Notes under the pieces: generated by a model
What the model was told of the DNA's origin: nothing
What the model saw: only the letters and a program-made list of their open reading frames with translations
The model's database searches: none
Shown: piece after piece, positions 16,071-24,953 of the stretch
Layout of the letters: the number at the start of each line of letters is the position of its first letter
Numbering within the stretch: the first letter of the stretch is position 1
Source of the DNA: a virus
Taxonomy: Duplodnaviria; Caudoviricetes
Virus record (IMG/VR): IMGVR_UViG_3300036796_000279
Span: 1 to 35,155 of that record
Strand: one strand, 5' to 3'
DNA length: 35,155 nucleotides
Position numbers and translations under genes: made by a program

Positions 16071-16642
16071 AGTATGTGGTGGTCGGTCATCATGCTCGCC
16101 AGGCTCAAGCCGAAATACTGGCCAGCTCTCTTGGTGCTCATCTGCTGATTGACGACGGCGACCATGGAGCCAACTGGAATCACCGCCGTGCGCTTGAGTG
16201 GGCCGCCGGCCAGACCTGCCGGGTTGTAGTCCTCGAGGATGACGCTGTGCTTGTTGATGGCTTCACCGATAAGGTTACTGATTGGCTGGAACGGTTCCCC
16301 GATGCTCTGCTGAGCTTCTACCTGGGCACGGGCCGTCCGCCACAGTACCAGATGCAGATAGCCGAGCGACTTATCATTTCCGATAAGAGCCGATTGGACT
16401 ACATCACATTGCCAAGGTTGATTCACGGCGTCTGCTACAGCGTGCCGCCGCAGGCCATTGATCTCGTGCTCTCACGCTGGGATGCCAGCAAAGCCGCTGA
16501 CTATGCAGTGGGTGACGCGCACGGCGGCGCTGTTATCTATCCGTGTTACTCACTCGTTGACCATGCAGATGGTGAGCCGGTAGAGCGGTCGGTGGATGGC
16601 ATGCCGCGCACCGAGCGCCGTCGAGCATGGAGACTGGCATGA
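16067..16642 (+). CDS. GT25-like glycosyltransferase
   Basis: NHRRALEW..VVVLEDDA, SFYLG, HGVCY, SLVDH; GTGA overlap with the upstream GT. Confidence 0.75.
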   Translation: MKYVVVGHHARQAQAEILASSLGAHLLIDDGDHGANWNHRRALEWAAGQTCRVVVLEDDAVLVDGFTDKVTDWLERFPDALLSFYLGTGRPPQYQMQIAERLIISDKSRLDYITLPRLIHGVCYSVPPQAIDLVLSRWDASKAADYAVGDAHGGAVIYPCYSLVDHADGEPVERSVDGMPRTERRRAWRLA

Positions 16643-16992
16643 GCAAAGAACCTCGTATCTACGGGAGCAAGTGGGACAGGCAGAGGGTTAACTTCCTTCG
16701 TGCCAACCCGTTGTGTGTGATGTGCCAGGAACAAGGACGGGTGGCAGCCGCTACGGTTGTAGATCACATCACACCACACAATCTTAAAGAAGCGCTTAGG
16801 TCTGGTGAGCAGCAGGCAATCGCAAAGGCACAGAAGTTGTTCTGGAGCCAAAGCAACTGGCAGCCTCTGTGCAAGCAGCACCACGACTCAACAAAGCAAC
16901 GCATGGAGAAGCGCGGCGTGGAGATAGGATGCACGGCTGACGGCATGCCGCTCGACCCATCCTCTCACTGGTACAGGGGGAGGGGAGGGTGA
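16639..16992 (+). CDS. Terminase-associated HNH endonuclease (HK97 gp74-like)
   Basis: PLCVMC..ATVVDHITPH..FW.QSNWQPLCKQHH; directly before terS. Confidence 0.9.
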   Translation: MSKEPRIYGSKWDRQRVNFLRANPLCVMCQEQGRVAAATVVDHITPHNLKEALRSGEQQAIAKAQKLFWSQSNWQPLCKQHHDSTKQRMEKRGVEIGCTADGMPLDPSSHWYRGRGG

Positions 16993-17080
16993 AAAGTTCA
17001 CCCCTCTCTCGCTAAATGACCGCCGCTCGTGCTTTCTGTGCACAACCGCGAAATGAAAAGTTTTTTTCTGGGAGGTTCCG
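16993..17080. other. Probable cos region
   Basis: Intergenic gap between gp74-like HNH and terS, where HK97-type phages carry cos; GC-rich GACCGCCGC core; cut site not determinable. Confidence 0.45.
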
Positions 17081-17545
17081 ATGGCAGGACGACGCCCGAA
17101 ACCGACCCACCTCAAAGTGGTTACCGGCAATCCGGGCAAACGCAAACTCAACGATAAAGAGCCAACTCCGGCACGAGAAATTCCCAGCCCGCCGGCGCAC
17201 CTGACCGACTGGGGGAAGGTGGCCTGGGGCAAGCTAACCGTTTTGCTGGATGGCATGGGAATTTTGACCGTTGCCGACACGCTGGCGCTCGAGCGACTCT
17301 GTGATATTTACGCCGACATTCTGCAACTTAGGCTGACGATCGCCGATGAGGGCCGGACCTACACCGTGCAGACGGAAGGCGGCTTTTTGATTAAAGCAAA
17401 CCCGGCTGTATCGATGTTGGCCGACGCTGATCGCCGCTTTAAAAGTTACCTGGTTGAATTTGGTCTTACCCCTGCAGCCAGGACGAAGGTGAAAGTTGAT
17501 GGTGGAGAAAAAGAAGAAGACCCGCTCAACCAGTTCTTCGGTTGA
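17081..17545 (+). CDS. terS: Terminase small subunit (P27 family)
   Basis: MAGRRPKPTHLKVVTGNPGKRKLN..NPA..EFGLTPAAR. Confidence 0.93.
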   Translation: MAGRRPKPTHLKVVTGNPGKRKLNDKEPTPAREIPSPPAHLTDWGKVAWGKLTVLLDGMGILTVADTLALERLCDIYADILQLRLTIADEGRTYTVQTEGGFLIKANPAVSMLADADRRFKSYLVEFGLTPAARTKVKVDGGEKEEDPLNQFFG

Positions 17546-19235
17546 CCCAGCCACGCAGTACGCGATGGATGTGGATTCCGGCAAAGAGATCGCCGGCCCC
17601 GATATCCGCAACTCCTGTAAACGACACCTTAAAGATTTGGAGTCATGCCACGCTCGCGGGCTGGCATGGGATCCAGCGGCGGCGCAACGCGCCATCGACT
17701 TTTTCGCCAAAGTGCTAAAGCTCAACGGTGGGGAGTATGAAGGTAAGCCCTTCAATCTGCTGCCGTGGCAGTGCTTTATTGTAGGCTCGATATACGGCTG
17801 GAAAAACTCAGACAACTACCGGCGTTTTCGCATGGTATATGTCGAGTCCGGTAAAGGTTCTGGTAAATCGCCACTTGCCGCGGGTGTAGCTCTTTACTGC
17901 CTGGTTGCTGACAAAGAGCCTCGTGCGGAGGTGTATGCCGCTGCCACGAAAAAAGATCAGGCCATGATCCTGTTTCGCGATGCGGTGGCGATGGTAGACC
18001 AGTCACCGGCGCTGGCGCAGCGAATCAACAAATCAGGCGGTGCCGGGAAAGAGTGGAACCTGGCGTTCCTGCAAACAGGCTCATTCTTTCGGCCTATCAG
18101 TTCTGACGACGGGCAGTCAGGACCACGTCCGCACTGCGCGCTGATTGACGAAATTCACGAGCACAAAAACAACCAGGTGGTTGAGATGATGCGCGCCGGG
18201 ACGAAAGGCCGGCGGCAGGCGCTGATTTTCATGATCACCAACAGTGGCCACGATAAAACCAGTGTCTGTTATGACTATCACGAGTACGGGCGCAAGGTCG
18301 CCGAAGGCTCGATTGATGATGACAGCTTCTTCTCGTTCATCTGCTCCCTCGATGAGGGCGAGGATCCCTTCAAGGATGAAAGCTGCTGGAAAAAGGCTAA
18401 CCCTTCGCTGGGCCACACTTTCACCGACCGCTATTTGCGTGAGCAGGTGACGCAGGCCCGCGGCATGCCGTCGAAGGAAAGTATCGTGCGGCGCCTGAAT
18501 TTCTGCCAGTGGGTGGATGCCGACAATCCATGGATGAGCAGCGATGTCTGGATGGGGTGTGAAGACGATTTCGATCTTCAGGAATTGCAGGGCGAAGAGT
18601 GCTACGGCGGCCTGGATTTGTCGGGTTCGCGTGACCTGACTGCGCTGGCGTTGTTCTTCCCCAAGAAGCGAAAGCTGCTGGTTGAATTCTGGACTCCGAA
18701 AGATACGCTGGCGGAAAGGGCAAAAACAGACCGTGTGCCATATGACGCCTGGGAGAGGGCTGGGTATATCCATACCACGCCGGGTAAGGCTGTGAAATAT
18801 GGCTTTGTGGCAGAACGTATCGCCGACCTTTCGCAGCTGTTTTTCATCAAGGCAATCGCATTTGACCAGTACCGCATCAAATACCTTGAGCCAGAGCTGG
18901 AGGAAGCGTCTGTTTCGGTACCGCTTATTCCGCACGGGCAGGGATATTACAAGGCACAGGAATCCGGCCTGTGGATGCCTCACTCGATTGAGCTGTTCGA
19001 GCAGTGCCTGGATGATGGCGAAATCATCATTAAGACCAACCCCTGCCTTCGCTGGAATGCGGCGTCAGCTGTAACTGAGGCAGATCAGAAAGAAAACCGT
19101 ATCTTTGCCAAGAAAAAAAGCACCGGCCGTATTGACGGTGTGGTGGCTTCAGCTATGGCAATAGGTGCATCTGAAGGTGATGTCACTGACGATGGTGATA
19201 TTGACGACTTCTTCTCACAACCGTTGAGCATGTGA
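17496..19235 (+). CDS. terL: Terminase large subunit
   Basis: LLPWQ.F, Walker A GKGSGKS, Walker B LIDEIHEH, GLDLS, RIDGVVA; start uncertain. Confidence 0.95.
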   Translation: MMVEKKKKTRSTSSSVDPATQYAMDVDSGKEIAGPDIRNSCKRHLKDLESCHARGLAWDPAAAQRAIDFFAKVLKLNGGEYEGKPFNLLPWQCFIVGSIYGWKNSDNYRRFRMVYVESGKGSGKSPLAAGVALYCLVADKEPRAEVYAAATKKDQAMILFRDAVAMVDQSPALAQRINKSGGAGKEWNLAFLQTGSFFRPISSDDGQSGPRPHCALIDEIHEHKNNQVVEMMRAGTKGRRQALIFMITNSGHDKTSVCYDYHEYGRKVAEGSIDDDSFFSFICSLDEGEDPFKDESCWKKANPSLGHTFTDRYLREQVTQARGMPSKESIVRRLNFCQWVDADNPWMSSDVWMGCEDDFDLQELQGEECYGGLDLSGSRDLTALALFFPKKRKLLVEFWTPKDTLAERAKTDRVPYDAWERAGYIHTTPGKAVKYGFVAERIADLSQLFFIKAIAFDQYRIKYLEPELEEASVSVPLIPHGQGYYKAQESGLWMPHSIELFEQCLDDGEIIIKTNPCLRWNAASAVTEADQKENRIFAKKKSTGRIDGVVASAMAIGASEGDVTDDGDIDDFFSQPLSM

Positions 19236-20509
19236 TGGACGATACAAATTACAGCATTGATCTGCGCACAAATAACGGCTGGTGGGCCCGGGTGGCGTCT
19301 TGGTTCGTTGGTGGACGACTGGTGACACCTGAGCAGGGCTCCCAGACCGGGCCTGTTTCTGCCAGTGGCACTCTGGGCGATTCACAGATTACGGATGAAC
19401 GCATCCTGCAGATATCGACTGTTTGGCGATGTGTTTCTCTGATTTCCACGCTAACAGCCTGTCTGCCATTGGATGTGTTTGAAACCGACAAAGAGGACAA
19501 CCGCACCAAGGTTGGATTAAGTAATCCCCTGGCCCGCCTGCTGCGCTACTCGCCGAATCAGTACATGACGGCGCAGGAGTTCCGCGAGGCCATGACTATG
19601 CAACTGTGCTTCTATGGCAACGCATATGCGCTGGTTGAGAGAAATGGTGTGGGGGATGTGGTCAGCCTCCTGCCGCTGATGTCAGCCAATATGGACGTTC
19701 GGCTTGAAGGTAAGCGCATTGTTTACCGCTATCAGCGTGACAATGAATACGCCAATTTTTCCCAACGAGAAATCTTCCACCTTAAAGGGTTTGGTTTTAA
19801 CGGCCTGACGGGGCTTTCGCCTATTGCACATGCCTGTAAATCAGCGGGTGTTGCCGTGGCGATGGAGGACCAGCAGCGGGAGTTTTACGCCAACGGTGCC
19901 AAATCCCCCAAAATCCTCACGACAGGCGACCGGGTGCTGACCAAAGAGCAGCGTACGCAGCTGGAGGAGAACTTCAAGGAGATTGCCGGTGGACCGGTGA
20001 AAAAACGTCTCTGGATCCTCGAGGCGAACTTCCAGGCTCATGACATTGGCGTCAGCCCGCAGGACGCCGAGACAATGACCTCCAGAAAGTTTCAGGTTAG
20101 CGAACTGGCGCGCTTCTTTGGCGTTCCTCCGCATCTGGTTGGTGATGTCGAGAAAAGCACTAGCTGGGGCACCGGGATCGAGCAACAGAACCTGGGCTTT
20201 CTCCAGTACACCCTCCAGCCCTACATTTCCCGGTGGGAAAACAGCATCCAGCGCTGGCTGCTCAAGCCTGATCAGGTCGGCGTGTATCACGCAGAGCACA
20301 ATCTTGATGGTCTGTTGCGCGGTGATTCCGCGTCCCGCGCAGCCTTTATGAAAGCGATGGGAGAAGCTGGCCTGCGAACAATCAACGAAATGCGTCGTAT
20401 GGATAACTGCCCACCGCTGCCTGGCGGCGATGTCGCCATGCGGCAGGCGCAGTATGTACCCATTACTCAACTCGGTAATGACAAGGAGCCCCGCAATGAC
20501 GGGGCTTAA
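19232..20509 (+). CDS. Portal protein, HK97 family
   Basis: VWRCVSLIS, YGNAY, IFHLK, GLSPI, ARFFGVPPHLVG, TINEMR. Confidence 0.95.
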   Translation: MMDDTNYSIDLRTNNGWWARVASWFVGGRLVTPEQGSQTGPVSASGTLGDSQITDERILQISTVWRCVSLISTLTACLPLDVFETDKEDNRTKVGLSNPLARLLRYSPNQYMTAQEFREAMTMQLCFYGNAYALVERNGVGDVVSLLPLMSANMDVRLEGKRIVYRYQRDNEYANFSQREIFHLKGFGFNGLTGLSPIAHACKSAGVAVAMEDQQREFYANGAKSPKILTTGDRVLTKEQRTQLEENFKEIAGGPVKKRLWILEANFQAHDIGVSPQDAETMTSRKFQVSELARFFGVPPHLVGDVEKSTSWGTGIEQQNLGFLQYTLQPYISRWENSIQRWLLKPDQVGVYHAEHNLDGLLRGDSASRAAFMKAMGEAGLRTINEMRRMDNCPPLPGGDVAMRQAQYVPITQLGNDKEPRNDGA

Positions 20510-20526
20510 TTTTTATGGGGGCCACG

Positions 20527-21207
20527 ATGCCTGACATCATCAAAACGCTTTCTTTCGACGAAACGGAAATCAAGTTTGCCGGTGACGGCAAGCAGGGCAT
20601 TTTCGAGGGTTATGCCTCTGTATTCGGTAACACCGACTCGGATGGCGACATCATTCTGCCTGGGGCATTCAAGAACACGCTTGAAACCCAGACCCGCAAA
20701 GTGGCGATGTTTTTTAATCACCGCCAGTGGGAAATCCCGGTGGGTAAGTGGGACAGCATCCAGGAAGACAGTAAAGGCCTGCTGGTGCGCGGCCAGTTAA
20801 CGCCCGGACACAGCGGAGCCTCTGACCTGAAGGCGGCCATGATCCATGGCACGGTTGAAGGAATGTCCATCGGTTTTTCGGTCAATAAGGACGACTACAG
20901 TATTGCCCCTAACGGCGGCTGCATCTTCAAAAATATATCCTGGCTGAGAGAGATCAGCGTCTGCACTTTTCCGGCGAACGAGCTGGCGAGCGTGGATTCG
21001 ATGAAGAGCGTCGATGGGATAGAAACCATTCGTGACGTGGAGAACTGGCTGAGGGATTCAGCCGGGCTTAGCAAGTCACAGGCAGTAGGGCTGATAGCCC
21101 GCTTCAAAAACGCTATTCGGAGTGAGTCTGAAGGCGATCAAAACAAACCCGATATCAGCGCTCTGCTTAAGAGCATTAATGACTTTAATCCGACAGCAGG
21201 AAAATAA
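20527..21207 (+). CDS. Prohead maturation protease (HK97 gp4)
   Basis: FEGYASVF..DSDGD, FFNH, GMSIGF, LREISVCTFPAN. Confidence 0.95.
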   Translation: MPDIIKTLSFDETEIKFAGDGKQGIFEGYASVFGNTDSDGDIILPGAFKNTLETQTRKVAMFFNHRQWEIPVGKWDSIQEDSKGLLVRGQLTPGHSGASDLKAAMIHGTVEGMSIGFSVNKDDYSIAPNGGCIFKNISWLREISVCTFPANELASVDSMKSVDGIETIRDVENWLRDSAGLSKSQAVGLIARFKNAIRSESEGDQNKPDISALLKSINDFNPTAGK

Positions 21208-21210
21208 ACC

Positions 21211-22371
21211 ATGTCAGAACTCGCACAAATCCAGAAAGCCCTCGAAGAGTCCCAGACCAAACTGAAAGGGCTCTTTGATGAGCAGAAACAGCAAATTGAA
21301 CAAAGCGGCACGATCTCGAAACAGTTGCAGGGCGATATGGCGAAGGTCAATGAAGAGATGACCAAGACCGGCCAGCGCCTGTTTGATCTCGAACAGCGTC
21401 TGTCCTCTGGCCCGGATAACCCAGGTGAGAAGAAATCCTTCTCCGAGCGCGCCGCGGAAGAACTCACCAAGTCCTGGAACGGCAGCAAGTCGCACTTCGA
21501 GGCGAAAACCTTTAACAAATCGCTAGGCAGTGATGCCGACTCAGCCGGCACGTTGATTCAGCCGATGCAGGTGCCGGGTATTGTGATGCCTGGTCTGCGT
21601 CGTTTGACCATTCGTGATCTACTGGCGCAGGGCCGCATATCCAGCAACTCGCTAGAGTACGTTCGCGAAGAGTTGTTCACTAACAACGCCGCAAGCGTGG
21701 CGGAAAAGGCGCTGAAACCTGAATCAGATATTACGTTCAGTAAGCAAACGGCAAACGTAAAAACCGTAGCTCACTGGATTCAGGCATCTCGCCAGGTAAT
21801 GGATGATGCGCCAATGCTGCAGTCCTACGTCAATAACCGCCTGATGTACGGCCTGGCGCTGGAAGAAGAACGCCAGTTGCTTAACGGCGACGGCAGCGGT
21901 GACGATTTGGAAGGCATCAACCATGTGGCCACTGCTTATGACACCGGACTGAACGTAGCCGGTGACACGCGCGCAGATATTATTGCCCACGCGATCTTCC
22001 AGGTGACTGAGTCAGAATTCAGCGCATCAGGCATCGTCCTTAACCCGCGAGACTGGCACTCCATTGCGTTGCTGAAGGATAACGAAGGGCGTTACATCTT
22101 CGGTGGGCCGCAGGCGTTTACCCAAAACATTATGTGGGGCCTGCCAGTGGTGCCAACGCGTGCACAGACCCAGGGCACCTTCACCGTCGGTGGTTTTGAT
22201 ATGGCCTCGCAGGTTTGGGATCGCATGGATGCCACCATTGAGGTGAGCCGCGAAGACCGTGACAACTTCGTGAAAAACATGCTCACTATTTTGTGTGAAG
22301 AGCGCCTGGCACTGGCGCACTACCGCCCGAAAGCGCTGATCAAAGGCACCTTTGGCGAACCAACCAGCTGA
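21211..22371 (+). CDS. Major capsid protein, close to HK97 gp5
   Basis: KTFNK/SLGSDADSAG delta-domain cleavage site; AEKALKPES and NFVKNMLTILCEER crosslink motifs; ends GTFGEPTS. Confidence 0.97.
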   Translation: MSELAQIQKALEESQTKLKGLFDEQKQQIEQSGTISKQLQGDMAKVNEEMTKTGQRLFDLEQRLSSGPDNPGEKKSFSERAAEELTKSWNGSKSHFEAKTFNKSLGSDADSAGTLIQPMQVPGIVMPGLRRLTIRDLLAQGRISSNSLEYVREELFTNNAASVAEKALKPESDITFSKQTANVKTVAHWIQASRQVMDDAPMLQSYVNNRLMYGLALEEERQLLNGDGSGDDLEGINHVATAYDTGLNVAGDTRADIIAHAIFQVTESEFSASGIVLNPRDWHSIALLKDNEGRYIFGGPQAFTQNIMWGLPVVPTRAQTQGTFTVGGFDMASQVWDRMDATIEVSREDRDNFVKNMLTILCEERLALAHYRPKALIKGTFGEPTS

Positions 22372-22404
22372 TGAGGGTGGGCGGGGTGACCCGCCCTTTA
22401 GCCT

Positions 22405-22728
22405 ATGAGCATAGATGTACTTACCGTTGTTCCTATTGAAGAGCTCAGGCAGCACGTTGAAATGGACACCGACGACCGCGATGCGGTGATCAAACGCTAT
22501 GCGCAAGCGGCTCTGGATTACTGCCTGCGCTGGTGTGATGACCCTCGCTGGAAATTGGCTACAGATATTCCCGCCCCTGTTGTATCCGCCATGCTGCTGG
22601 TCTTCGGAGATTTGTTCGAGCATCGAACCAGCCAGACCGAGGTTCAGCTATATGCGAATGCTGCGGCAGAAAATCTGATGTTCTCTTGCAGGAACTGGCG
22701 AGGCAGTGTGGAAGAGGAGACATCCTGA
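22405..22728 (+). CDS. Head-tail connector (gp6-like)
   Basis: EELRQH..DD.D..I..Y..AA..AMLL..GDLFEHR; synteny. Confidence 0.88.
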   Translation: MSIDVLTVVPIEELRQHVEMDTDDRDAVIKRYAQAALDYCLRWCDDPRWKLATDIPAPVVSAMLLVFGDLFEHRTSQTEVQLYANAAAENLMFSCRNWRGSVEEETS

Positions 22729-23069
22729 TGGAGCCAGGACGCCTCCGGCATCGTGTCCGGATCGAAGTTAAATCTGACGAACGCGACGAACATGGACAAC
22801 CAAAAGGTTGGGTGAGCCGTGGAGTCGTTGCCGCTGATATACGGTCGGTTACCGGCAAGGAGTTCATTAGCGGAAATGCTGAACGTTCTTCAGTTACAAC
22901 AAAAATTTTTATGCGCTATCGCGATGATGTCAGGGCAACAACAACCCGCTTTGTTGAGATCACCTCCAGCGGGAATGGTCGTGTTTACAGTGTAACTGCG
23001 CCATTGCCTACGCGAGACAGGAGAAACATGGAGGTGCTGTGTACGGAGGACTTCACTCGTGTTCACTGA
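22728..23069 (+). CDS. Head closure protein
   Basis: MEPGRLRHRVRI..DEHGQ..W..V.A.IRSVTGKEF; TGATG overlap. Confidence 0.88.
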   Translation: MEPGRLRHRVRIEVKSDERDEHGQPKGWVSRGVVAADIRSVTGKEFISGNAERSSVTTKIFMRYRDDVRATTTRFVEITSSGNGRVYSVTAPLPTRDRRNMEVLCTEDFTRVH

Positions 23070-23436
23070 CCTTAAATCTGAAATTGAAAGGCTACTTGGC
23101 GTAAACGTTTTTCCGCTGGTGGGCCCCCAGACAGAAAACGAATTTGTTACTTTGCAGTTGGTGAGCGACCCTCAGTTAGAGTCAGGAACCATTCGCACAA
23201 AACTCGTTGCTGCGCGCTGGCAAATCAGCCTGATTTCATCTCTCTACAGCCGAACAGAAGAAATGGACAAAGCGCTCTGGCTGGCCTGGGAAGGACTGGC
23301 GCATGGGTACATTGGCCGATATCCGGTTCAATATGCCCAGCGCGGCGGAGTTTCTGAGAGTTTTGATTCTGACGATGGTGGGAAATACCGTCGGTCCCGG
23401 GATTACATTTTTTACTATCCGGAGGGGGCTTCATGA
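23059..23436 (+). CDS. Tail completion/terminator protein
   Basis: Synteny; FVTLQLVSDP..RWQIS..YRRSRDY. Confidence 0.7.
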   Translation: MFTDLKSEIERLLGVNVFPLVGPQTENEFVTLQLVSDPQLESGTIRTKLVAARWQISLISSLYSRTEEMDKALWLAWEGLAHGYIGRYPVQYAQRGGVSESFDSDDGGKYRRSRDYIFYYPEGAS

Positions 23437-23843
23437 TCCGTATGGAAGTAAAAGGACTCAAAGAGCTTGAGCAGCAACTGGAAGCCCTGGGTGAAAAAGT
23501 CGCTGTGAAAATCCTCGGTAATGCGGGTAAAGAGGCAATGGAAATCGTCAGGGAGGATATGCAGCATCACGCGGGTTATGACGCCAGCAGTGATGGACCG
23601 CACATGCGGGACGGCATCAAAAACAACTACAAAAACCGCATGAAGGATCAGCGGTGGCAGTCAGTCGTAACCATTCGGGTTGGCCCCTCCAAAGAACACA
23701 CCATAAAAGCCCTAGCGCAGGAATTTGGCACTGTAAAACAGGTCGCCAGCCCGTTTATGCGCCCGGCACTGGATTTTAACCGCGCCAAAATACTGCGCAT
23801 TCTTGCGGTAAGCATCCGTGAGGGTATCGAAAATAATCGTTAA
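23433..23843 (+). CDS. HK97 gp10-family tail component
   Basis: VKGLKELEQQL..AQEFGT....SPFMRPALD. Confidence 0.88.
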   Translation: MIRMEVKGLKELEQQLEALGEKVAVKILGNAGKEAMEIVREDMQHHAGYDASSDGPHMRDGIKNNYKNRMKDQRWQSVVTIRVGPSKEHTIKALAQEFGTVKQVASPFMRPALDFNRAKILRILAVSIREGIENNR

Positions 23844-23856
23844 GTGAGGTAGTGAA

Positions 23857-24318
23857 ATGCCAGATCAAAATAAAAGCTCTCCTGAATACGCGATGCTTCC
23901 TGCCGGAACGGTGGTGAAGTGGGGCGCATCCGGCGATGCTGTGGCGGATATGCAGCCGCTGATTAACTGTAAGGCCCTGGGGGCAACGGGCGTCACCGGT
24001 TCCTTTGTTGACTGCACGACGCTCATTGATACGCAGAAGCAGTTTATTTCTGACCTGCCAGAAGGGCCTGAGAAATCCCTGGGATTTGTTGACGACCCGT
24101 CCAACACCAGTTTCACGGCGTTCCTGAATGCGGCCGAGAAACGCCAGACGGTGCAATTCTATGTTCAGCTTCCTAACGGGCGAACGGCGACCATGATCAT
24201 GGCGCTGTCTGGCTGGCAGTTGAACGAAATTACCGCGCCGGCCAGCGACGTTATCCAGGTGACGGTGAACGGCAAGCAGAACAACATTGAGTGGGGCTAC
24301 AGCGAACCGACCAGCTGA
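23857..24318 (+). CDS. Major tail tube protein
   Basis: VDCTTLIDTQKQFISDLPEG, VQLPNG; position before chaperones; ends WGYSEPTS. Confidence 0.88.
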   Translation: MPDQNKSSPEYAMLPAGTVVKWGASGDAVADMQPLINCKALGATGVTGSFVDCTTLIDTQKQFISDLPEGPEKSLGFVDDPSNTSFTAFLNAAEKRQTVQFYVQLPNGRTATMIMALSGWQLNEITAPASDVIQVTVNGKQNNIEWGYSEPTS

Positions 24319-24339
24319 GCCTTAACCCGTAATAGTATG

Positions 24340-24361
24340 GCCGCCATCAGGGCGGCTTTTT
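24340..24361 (+). terminator. Intrinsic terminator after the tail tube gene
   Basis: GCCGCC-ATCAG-GGCGGC-T5. Confidence 0.7.
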
Positions 24362-24375
24362 AATGGAGTTTTTTA

Positions 24376-24717
24376 ATGAAAGACCTGAAGTCACGCCTGC
24401 TGTCTCCTGCTTACGCTGCCCACCCGGTAACACTGCTTGGCACCGACCTTTTAATTCGCCGCCTGACCGCCAATGAGTTGGCCGATTTCGAAGAGAAAGC
24501 CTCTCAGTTGCGCTCTGACGATAACACCCGCGGCCTGGCGCTGGCCGGTGCCTCGCTGGTGCTTAGCGCCCTGGTTGATGAAAATGGCGTTCCTGAGCAG
24601 GACCTTCCAGCGCCCGACGAGCTGATGAAGCACCATTCCTATGCAACGCTGATTGAAGCGCTGACCATCGTCCAGCGGCACAGCTATGGCACGCTGGAGG
24701 AAGCGGAAAAAAACTAA
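24376..24717 (+). CDS. Tail assembly chaperone (gpG-like)
   Basis: Between tube and TMP; ends EAEKN at a slippery site. Confidence 0.85.
   Translation: MKDLKSRLLSPAYAAHPVTLLGTDLLIRRLTANELADFEEKASQLRSDDNTRGLALAGASLVLSALVDENGVPEQDLPAPDELMKHHSYATLIEALTIVQRHSYGTLEEAEKN
24708..24714 (+). other. Programmed -1 frameshift site A AAA AAC giving the G-T fusion (24376-24953)
   Basis: GAA AAA AAC TAA; the -1 frame reads LIDSPWLMLIFSLADRLG.. to TGA 24953. Confidence 0.85.
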
Positions 24718-24953
24718 TCGACTCTCCCTGGCTGATGCTGATTTTCTCCCTGGCTGATCGCCTGGGGGAGTCTGACCCTCGAAAAATCGCCAACCTGCCG
24801 GCAGATATTCTTCTCTACTGGCAGGCCTGGTATTCGTTAACCGGAAACGCTGTTCAGGCTATCGGTGAACCGGCCCCGGTTGCCGCACCACCAAAAACCA
24901 ACCCAGTTGTTTCTCAGCAGTGCGCTGATGTTATGAGGATCCTCGGACAATGA
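24714..24953 (+). CDS. gpT-like portion of the chaperone (via frameshift)
   Basis: Open in the -1 frame from the slippery site; ATGA overlap with TMP. Confidence 0.8.
   Translation, partial: LIDSPWLMLIFSLADRLGESDPRKIANLPADILLYWQAWYSLTGNAVQAIGEPAPVAAPPKTNPVVSQQCADVMRILGQ

Noticed and set aside
14607-16642. GTs as an O-antigen conversion (gtrABC) or DNA hypermodification cassette
   Set aside because: No flippase or membrane GT, no modified-base synthesis genes, and they lie in the late operon; disfavoured rather than excluded.
18117-18983. 288-aa minus-strand ORF and similar antisense ORFs in head and tail genes
   Set aside because: Shadows of well-supported structural genes.
24708-24714. 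A-run at the end of the tail chaperone as a sequencing error or novelty
   Set aside because: It is the well-known G/GT programmed -1 frameshift.
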